From: Bugula neritina
Lineage: Eukaryota > Animalia > Bryozoa
Reading direction: 5' to 3'
NCBI GenBank assembly: GCA_964035545.1
Contig: OZ037772.1
Span: 10,724,818-10,788,817, forward strand
DNA: 64,000 nucleotides
The position numbers were made by a program, and so were the translations under genes. Positions 54,781 to 64,000 of this stretch are shown here, piece after piece; position 1 is the stretch's first letter; every line of letters starts with the position of its first letter. The notes below the pieces were generated by a model that was not told the DNA's origin, made no database searches, and saw only the letters and a list, made by a program, of their open reading frames with translations.

Positions 54781-57101
54781 ATGTCTGTGTACCACCATGA
54801 ATGTAAGTATATCATTCTGTAAAACTTGCAAACTATATGTCAATATTTGTAACAGACAGAGTAAAGCATGTAGAGACAACTTCTTAGTAAGTTTACTTAT
54901 GTATGTTAGTATCTTTGTTATCATGTTACAGTTGTTGACCAACAGGAGATTCTTCAAACATCTAATCACTACCAACAAGAAACATATCAATATGCTGACT
55001 GGGAGACTTTTTATGATAGTTTAGACTCTGCAGAACAATATAAACATCCAGTAAACTCAGACACTTCTACTTCTATTCTCACTGCAAACACTCAACCTGT
55101 TCTTAAGATGTCACCTGCTGTATCTGACACTTACCTACCAAATGCTATTGTCAGGGAACATTCGGATTGTTGGGAAAACATAACTACAAACCAAATTTCC
55201 TCCTCTGTAAACTTAGTTACTTCAGCTTCCACAATTAATGCAAGCAATCAAAGCTCTGTCAGCACAGAAGCTACAGTGTATGACAACTATCTAGATCAAG
55301 AAGAACCTGATGTTCCCCTGTCTGAAGTTATCTCTGAAGCTTTTACAGTTTTAGGACTGAATATTACATCAGATGTCAATTTAACTGGTGAGTCTTTTGA
55401 ATAGTTGTAAATTCATTTTGATAACATTCAAAATAGATCTTCTAAACAAAATTGTTCATTAGAAGATAAACTTACCATAAGCCTGATTAAGTAATTGACA
55501 TGTAATTATAAAGTAATTGTATAAATTAATTACATTATATATGTAATTAATTACAATTACAACTACAATCACACTTTCATGCATCAGTTACAAATTACAT
55601 TCAATTACTTGAAAAAAATGTAAATAATTACAACCAATTTAAATTACAAATTACAATACTCCAACCCTGATATTTACGCCCCTATAAGTATTATCACTTA
55701 TACTAGCATACATAACTTCAACAGTATTGTTCGCAAAGAAACTCATGCGGTTTTGCATTTATAAGTAATAATTTTTTTGTGTGAAAATCATAATGCTTTA
55801 ATGAAATGTACTTTTATAACCATTTGTGTATACTTGCGTAACTAACTTAAATGTAATGTTTTCTTATTATAAGAATATGTCTACATAGCTGTACTGTACA
55901 AGGAGTCTTGCAATAGCCAACAAAATTGCAGTATGTTGAAATGTTACAGATACTGTTTTACATTTCATTTTGTTTTACAGATCAAATGCAAACAGATTTC
56001 AAGACAAGAAACTTTTGTGTCAGTCTGGTTGATACAATTTTTAAAATGGCAGATAACTATAAAGTGCTTAGCAGGTTATACAAAGATACAGAGCATAGTG
56101 CTTGTGATACGCTGGTTACTGATAGAGCACCTTGTAGAGATGAACAGGATCAAAAAGATGTTCTGGTGAAAGATGTGAGAGCAAAGTCTGATGCTAAGAC
56201 AACTGCCTGTGACACTTGGAAAAGCAAATTAACTAAAAAACCTTCTGAAAAGAAAACATTTTCTTCTGGTGTTTTAAATAATTCATTTGCTCAAAATCAT
56301 TGCATAACTTCAAATATGAACCAAAGCATTGAAAAGAAGCCTTTTGAGTGTGATGTCTGTAAGAAGGATTTTATATGCAGAAGTTCTTTAAAATCACACA
56401 AAAGAAAACACACTAATGATAAACCATTTGTTTGTGAAGTCTGCGGTGGAACCTTTACTCAGAAATCTCATCTAGCCAGACACAGAAGAACTCACACGGG
56501 AGAGAAGCCATTTGCTTGTGAAGTTTGTGGTCATGCTTTCACTCAGCAGGGCAATCTCAGCAAACACATGAGAATACATATAGCAGAGAAACCTTTTCAG
56601 TGCAATCAGTGTGACTTCAAAACATCACATCGAAATAATCTCACAGCACACATAAGGAGACATACTGGAGAGAAACCTTTTCAGTGTGATCAATGTGATT
56701 TCAAATCAGCACAACAAACTACTCTCATAACACACATGAGAAGACACACTGGAGAGAGGCCCTATCAGTGCAATCAATGTGACTACAAGTCAGCGCAACG
56801 AAGTAACCTGAGAACACACATGAGGAAACACACTGGAGAGAAGCCATTTATCTGCGAAGTCTGTGGTCACGATTTTACTCATCAAAGTACTCTCATAACA
56901 CACATGAGAAGACATACTGGAGAGAAACCTTTTCAATGCAATCAATGTGACTATAAGTCAGTGCGGCAAAGTGAGCTCACTGTGCACATGAGAAAACACA
57001 CTGGAGAGAAGCCATTTCAGTGTAATTTATGTGACTATAAATGCAGTATAAAATATGGCCTTACCAAACACATGAAAACACATCAGCAAAAAGGCATTTA
57101 A
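54781..57101 (+). CDS. U16: C2H2 zinc-finger protein, 9 fingers, last unit
   Basis: Exons 54781-54802, 54932-55387 and 55981-57101. The final finger and TAA stop are unique. Confidence 0.86.
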
Positions 57102-58024
57102 CTAGAGCTTAAAAGCAAGCAGAGATGTGAAGTCAATCCCTCATTACCTCTTTATAGTTTTTTTCTCAAAGAACATTCTGATAGCTATAACTCCATCGCG
57201 CAGCGTTTTTTTATACGAGGTATCACACAGATGGAGAGACACTATCTTTAAGCATTTAGGCTGCAGAGGCTTATTAACTCAAAATAGTAACCACGCATGA
57301 GAAAACACTGTGTGATAGAGGGCTGTGGTGTAAAATAACTTTTATTGTAATTCCTATAAGTTGTGCGTATTAACAAAACCACATTTCTGCACAGTAGATA
57401 CGTACAACTGGCACTAGGGAGAAATTTTCGGTTTAATTGCCATATAAGTGGATGCTTCGTGGGTTTGGTCTTCGTCTAAAACTGCTTCCTATTAATAAAA
57501 TGAACAAATTTGGTGTTTTACTTATATATGTGGTTGCCATGTTATATTTTACTGATACATTGATTTGTATAATTAATAAAATGAATCTACAAAATGCAAA
57601 TATGCTTTACCTCCAATTTATTTTCCAGTTTTCAGTTTTTAATTTGGATTTTTCGATTTTAAAAATAAATTTCAATGGTATATAGAGATACAATATAAAA
57701 CTTATGTACTTAAAATTCAATCACTATAATATTTGGCATTTAAACTTGCCACATGCTTTAAAAGTTAGCGAGATGTTAGCATGCTCCTGATTGGCTGAGT
57801 TTACACCACCTATTCAAAGAATCATAATAATTATTCCTATTGGAGCATGCAAGTAATGCTTGTGTAGGTTTATATAGGAAATGCATTGTTAAAGTCCCAT
57901 CTCTTTGCATATTGTATTTGCAAGGTTTTGCAGCTACAACAAGTTTTTTGAAAACCAGCATTGTGCTTACAAATAGGCATTGAAGTAATATAGTATTTTT
58001 AGTTTGCCTTTTGGTGCAGTAATA

Positions 58025-59860
58025 ATGCCTAAATTAAAGAAACGAAGTTTTCGTGGAAACCAGTATTCTTGTGATACTAAAGCTCTAACTATAACTGAGA
58101 CAGCTGACACTACTACTGCTATTGAAACTTCTACGGCTACAAGTATTGACGCTTCTAAACCTACAGTCTTGGAAAATTTTACACCTACAGGTACAACTAT
58201 TGAAACTTCTACAGGTACAACTATTGAAACTTCTACAGATGTTGACCCTGTTTCAGCTACAACTATGAACGCAAATACATCAGCAAGTTTGGCCAAGCTA
58301 GGTACTAGTCTACATAAATCTGCACAAAGTTTTACATCCAAGACTCTGATAAGACCCGATAGCGTGATAGTTCAGACTAAATTGATTCTAAGGCTGATGA
58401 AACGGTTGGCATCTGGTAAAATAGCCTGCCCGGATCATCTGACAGCGCCCCTTACCATAACTGTGGAGCCCTCTAGTGGAATAGTCTGCGAGTTCAAGTT
58501 TACTTGTTCCTATTGTGACGTCTTAGTTGAGAGTAATAAAATGAGTGAGAGAGATGCAAATAATCGATTCACCTTGAATACACAACTAGCTTTTGGCACC
58601 ATTCTAGCAGGCGGCCATAGAAGTACAGCTGAAACAATCGCGGTTCATTTAGGTTTACCCCCACCTGTCGCACATAGTGAATGGGCAAAAGATATGGAGT
58701 ATCTCAGAGAAGTGACCTCAAAGGTCGCTGACAGATCCATGTATCAAGCTGCCGAGGAAGCCGTTGAAGCAGTCAACGATACGGACATCACTGTGTCTTG
58801 TGATGGTACGTGGCAGCGCCGCGGGTTCAGCAGTAAAAATGGAGTAGCCACAGTTATTACGCACTCTAAAGACAAACCAGGAAAAGTTATTGACGTAGAG
58901 GTAATGTCTAGTTACTGCTTCACTTGCTCTCGCTATGGCGATGATGCTCCGGAACATAACTGTACAAAGAATCATCAGGGAACAGCTGGTAGCATGGAGA
59001 CTACTGGAATGGTTCGGATCTTTTGTCGCTCTCTTGAAAAAAGAGGAACCAGGTACTTAAACTATTTAGGTGACGGAGACTCCAAAGCTTTTAGTGCTGT
59101 GAAAGATGCTATGCCTTATGGACCTGACACCACCATTGAGAAGCTGGAGTGTGTCGGCCATGTTCAAAAGCGGATGGGTACGATGCTGCTCAACAAAGTT
59201 GAGCAATGCAAAGGTAAAGAGTTCTCCTGGGGAGGGCGCAAACACAGAGGTATAGGAGGCTTGGGGAAACTAAACAAATCAACTATTATGGCGATTCAGA
59301 TTCAATATGGAATAGCAATAAGGAATAACATTGGAGATTTGAAGGGAATGAAACGTTGTATTTGGGCAATTTGGCATCACAAAAACAAAAACCATAGTAA
59401 TTGTGGAACCTCTTGTCCAGCAGTGAATGGTACAGGTGATGGAAACGCTAACAGCTTACCAATGTTTGTTTTGAATGAAATTAAACCTGTATTTGAAACT
59501 CTTTCTGAAGAGTCGTTGTTAAAAAAATGCTTGCATGGTGGTACGCAAAACAACAATGAGTCCTTCCACAAGATCATTTGGTCCTATTGCTCAAAGAACC
59601 AGTTTGTGCAAAGATGTAGACTAGAGCTGGCTGTTAACTGTGCAGTGGTGCACTTCAACGATGGGGTTACGAATCTCACTTCTGTCTATAATTATTTGAA
59701 TATATCTGTTGGACAACAGCTAGCTAAGCATCTCTATGGGAAAGATCTTCTCAGAGTAGGCTCTGCGCAAAAAATTCTTGAGAAAGAAGGAAAAGGCAGA
59801 CGGAAAAGGAAAATATCATCCAAACCCAACAACCAGGATTACCAAGCTGGGGCCTTTTAG
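58025..59860 (+). mobile_element. DDE transposase ORF (Mutator-like/Kolobok type), intact and intronless, ~611 aa
   Basis: Motifs VSCDGTWQRRGFSS (D1), YLGDGDSK (D2), KLECVGHVQKRMG (CxxH) and GGTQNNNESFH (E). Also an N-terminal Cys/His cluster and a basic C-terminal NLS-like tract. Visibly more GC-rich than its flanks. Termini not identified. Confidence 0.88.
58185..58238. repeat. 24-bp coding tandem repeat x2.25 (TGTTIETS)
   Basis: ctacaggtacaactattgaaactt repeated in the Thr-rich N-terminus of the transposase. Confidence 0.85.
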
Positions 59861-62346
59861 TTGCATGAAACTATTGTAAAGTAAGATATATAAGATTCTG
59901 TCAAACAGGAGTGTAGTGAGCAAGGGGTCTACTTAATGCTGCTAAGTTATTTCTTCAAAATTTTTAGTCTTAAAATCAACATGCCCCATCATATAGTAGG
60001 AAGTTATAAGCAGTATTAGAGAATACGTCTTTTAACTATTCATCATAAAAAACTTTGAAAGCAAAATATATGTGACTTGTGTAGACTGAGATACATTTTC
60101 AGTACTTAGAAACAATAAATTCTTAGGTTTTTAATTACTTTTTCATTATACTAAACATGTTTTTCTAATTTGCATATCAACTAATATATGTACACTTTTA
60201 GCAGTAGGCAGTCAAGCATGGCACAGTAGTAACTAATTTATTATGTTGACAGAAAGCAAATAAAATGCTGCATATGTGTCATTGAAAAACTTGTGAAGTT
60301 TTGTTTTTGACACCTGCACCTTGCAAAGCAATAAAGAATGGAATAATTAATCACATAGCATGGTTATTTATGACAGTAGAAGATCTCACCAGCTTGCTGT
60401 AGAGAGCAAGTATTGATTTCATCAACTTATTGATTAGTACTTGTGTATACCTGCATATAGTGTCATTTATATTATTGATTATAATGAACAAGTTCAAGCA
60501 CTTGTTTGAATACAGTTTGCAGGTGTTTGCAAGGTACTGTGACTCATTTGATTGGTGTAACAAGATTTGCTACTTGCTGTTAAATTAAAATACATTCGTT
60601 TATTCATTTAACTTACAGATGGAATTTTAGCTAGTTATGCTGTTAGAAATAATGATGAGCTGCAAAATAAAACACAATTTATATTATGTTGCAAGCTGCG
60701 CTCTAAAAATAAATAAATAAAGATGCAATTATTGCTTCAAAACAAAGTTTGGTGTAGATTGTGTGTATGGCAATTTGGATTGATGCCAACTTAAATGCAG
60801 TTAAAAGTGGAGAGCTTTAAATAGCAGCATAATACAAAAGTGTTGAGCAATAAGTTTTATCATGTACTGTTGGTGTGAGCTGGCTGTATTCAGTGGCAAT
60901 CAGGGATTGCTAACAATCAATCGTTTTTACAAACTTGATTGCCATTTCTCCGATGATAAGCGTTGCATTTTACAACATGTCTACTAGTTGCGCACTTAAA
61001 TAACTAGTTGAATACTATTTAATTTTTTATTGAGCAAATCTATTGTTAAAGTGGGTGGAGCCTATTTCACCTTATCCAAACATGACAAAGGGTTATCTAT
61101 TAGGCTGTGAAGTTGTTCATTATTTCTAAGGCTGAGCAGTTTCGCTTTGCAACTACTTCAGGGCTTACAACTTAAAGTGGCCTAGTTCATGTATGCAAAG
61201 CTAAAAAAAGGTAAGGTGGGGCTGATATAATTGAATTAGCAGCATTTTTTATTTGAATATACCAAAACTATTAATACATGATTGCATATTATAGTTATAC
61301 TGTACCCTTTGTTATATCAACCATTTTATCCTATGCGTATTCATAAAACTAACTACAAAGTATGATGCAGATCATTCATTAAGTAAAAGTATTATTTCAC
61401 ACTTTTAAGTAGGCATGGAATCGGCAAATATATTTATGCATTTTCCAGGCTTCAGAAGATTTAGTCATACATGTGCTGAAATAAGAAATTAACAGAAATT
61501 TAAAATAAACGCTGCGTAAAAACAGATGTATTAAGTTAAGCCTAAGTCATGAGCAGGTGATGATTTTTAGGCTTATATTTAGCCTAAAGTCAGTAAATTA
61601 CAAGCCAAAACCAGTCTTTATTATTACCAGTAAGTTTCTTCAATGACTTCCGTGCTTCAACATTTAAGCCTTAACCCCTTCAACATCCAACTTCATAAAA
61701 AGTCTAATACATGGCAAATCAGATATCAGTAAGCATATTGCAAGAGAGTGAGCATTTGAAGAAATGTCTAAACTCACTACTATAAGTTAAACCATTTCTA
61801 TTAGAATTCTGTTCAATTTCATTTCGTTATAGTTATACATACATACCTATATATTTGTAAATTCTTTAGATACCATTTTGCGCTATATACAACAGCAAGT
61901 GAGCAGATTTACATTTGAGATATTAATTTTAATGCAATTTATAGTAATTGATAAAAGATCAACCATGCTTTATCCAATAAGAATGCACATTCAGCACCTA
62001 CTTTAGATTTATACAACCCTCTCACCTAAATCACAAATTACCCCCCCCCCCCCCGTGTATTAGGTTCAGATCAGTATCGCAGCAAATAAACATAATAGTT
62101 TTATTTTATTCATGGTCTAAGCTTTTTGACAAGTTTCAAGAGTTTCCAAATTCTATTGCAGCTTAGCTAATACTTTTGCATTCATATTATATTATAAACA
62201 TTAAATGAAAACTTGTTTATCTTTCTCTTGAAGTTATACTCTCTCCATTTCAATTCATTTTCATGAAGTAAAATAGTAATAAAACAATCAATGCTCATAT
62301 ATTACAGTAAAATGCATTCAATGTTATTTGCTTTTCCGTTTTTCAG

Positions 62347-62444
62347 TTGATGGGCAAGTTATTTCTGAGAATATGACTGCAGGTGAGTGTGGCTTGAAAC
62401 CTATAATAAAAAAATACACGCGCACACACGTACGCACAGCACAG

Positions 62445-62476
<32 letters not shown>

Positions 62477-63892
62477 AACATATATATATAAACATATATA
62501 TAAACATATATATAAACACACACACACACACATATAAAAACATATATAAACACATATAAACACACATAACCACGTATACACACGTATACACACGTATACA
62601 CACATATACACACATATACACACATATACACACATATACACACATATATATACACACATATATATACACACATATATATACACACATATATATACACACA
62701 TATGAGTCAGTTTACTTCATTTAGTACACACCAGCAACTTAAGACCTAACATTAAAGTTTGCTCAAAATCAATTGAAATTTATTTTACATGATATTTTTA
62801 TGTGCTGGTTTTAACTACGCATAACAGAAAAGGCTGGGAGGGGATTCCCCAACATTAAAGCACAGGTCATTGTCATATGCACTTAACATTCTATATGTGC
62901 GGACCGTTACGAAAAAACCGTAACGGCCCGTAACCAAAACGAGCTGAATAATTAGGGAAAACATTGGAAATGAAGCAAAATTAAAAAGAACGTTGATTGT
63001 TTAGGTGTATTTATTGGTGTTTTACTAGTTTTGGCCAAAAAACCATGTTCATTACCAGCTAAATTGTGAAAAATAGCCAAAAACTGAAGATATCCAGTGT
63101 GTACTAAATTAAGTAAAATGAGACATATATAATATATTATTTTTTTATTTATTTATTCATTTATTTTATATAGCTAATTTACCCAGAGACCAACTTATAG
63201 GACAAGGGGGCTTTGCAAAAGTCTACTGGATGAGGAATAGCGAAGGAGAAAAAATAGCAGTGAAAAAGATTGATATTGAAACTGTTAAAGATCCCAGTGA
63301 TTCTCAAGAACTGGATATGGTAAAATTTTCAATTTGAAATACTTACATTTTTTACGATATAATAAAATGTAATAGATATATAACAAAATATATACCATAT
63401 TATATAATATATGCTGTATATTATATAGATTATAGTACATAGATTATATTAAAATTAATATAATCTATGTATTGAAATGAACTTTTTTAGATATGTTTTA
63501 AAAAATACTCAGAAGGAGTACCAAACTGTATTGTTTCTATTTATATATGAGCATTTGAGCAATTTGTGAAAATCAATTTATTAGCTTCAACAATTATTTA
63601 AAATTTAAAGTTATAAATGCATTTCGCTAACAGGAAATGAAAAACATTCACAGAGAAGTGCAAGTGATGAGTCAGTTGAATCACAAGAGGATAGTAAAGT
63701 ACTTTGGGTCAGAGGTCATTGACTGTGAACTTTTCATCTACATGGAATATCTCCCTAGAGGTTCCATTAAGGATGAGCTTCGGAGGAGACAAGCCCAGTT
63801 TTGTGAGTTGGAGGCAAAGAACTACATGCGGCATCTTCTAGAAGGTTTGACCTACCTTCATGAGAAGAAGATTATACATCGAGATATCAAAG
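62347..63892 (+). CDS. Ser/Thr protein kinase, MAP3K/STE11-like (partial)
   Basis: Exons 62347-62382 (probable, phase 1-1), 63174-63319 (LIGQGGFAKVY...IAVKK) and 63634-63892 (E..IVKYFG..FIYMEYLPRGSI..IIHRDIKG), all GT-AG. The start is not located and the gene continues past the window. Confidence 0.85.
62416..62703. repeat. Compound (CA)/(TA) microsatellite in a kinase intron
   Basis: cacacatatatatacacacatata-type runs. Confidence 0.95.
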
Positions 63893-64000
63893 GTACGGCT
63901 TCGTTAATGAGTCACTTCTCATTAATTCAAGCTATGATCAACTTACTCATATTGAGTGTTTATGAATAAATTGTGCCTTTAATATGTCATAAAAGTTGTT

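Noticed and set aside
367-57101. One giant spliced polyprotein across all units
   Set aside because: Each terminal exon has a stop, and the sequence before the ATG contains in-frame stops in U5 and U9.
367-57101. Assignment to a named gene (PRDM9, REST, CTCF, KRAB-ZNF)
   Set aside because: No KRAB, SET or SCAN domain and no diagnostic finger series. Similarity is generic C2H2.
57109-60583. Possible TTAA-flanked TIRs of the transposon (ttaaaagcaagc... / ...acttgctgttaa)
   Set aside because: Only ~10/12 match and weak beyond that, which is not significant in AT-rich DNA without other copies.
60600-61650. Possible upstream exons of the kinase
   Set aside because: Acceptor-like sites at ~60618 and ~61448 have no convincing frame or donor pairing.
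62324-62701. Three ORFs rich in C/V/Y/I/M
   Set aside because: Translations of the CA/TA microsatellite.

Overview
AT-rich eukaryotic (very likely animal) genomic DNA. Bases ~1-57,100 hold a head-to-tail, all plus-strand array of 16 related C2H2 zinc-finger units (U1-U16, ~3-4.5 kb period). The typical unit has three parts: a 19- or 22-nt ATG micro-exon, a ~430-460-nt exon encoding an S/T-rich region I do not recognise (motifs [12 protein letters not shown] and [20 protein letters not shown]), and a terminal exon with a linker plus 4-9 fingers. All introns are phase 1. The units are mosaics of one another: finger sets are shuffled, non-adjacent multi-kb blocks are near-identical, U5 is a pseudogene, U11 is 5'-truncated, U13 has a broken acceptor, and seven units carry a decayed 'ghost' finger module just after the stop. 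After the array come an intact intronless DDE transposase ORF (Mutator-like/Kolobok type, 58025-59860), a CA/TA microsatellite and the first exons of a MAP3K/STE11-like kinase gene that runs off the window. All gene models and alignments were made by eye, and the organism cannot be identified.
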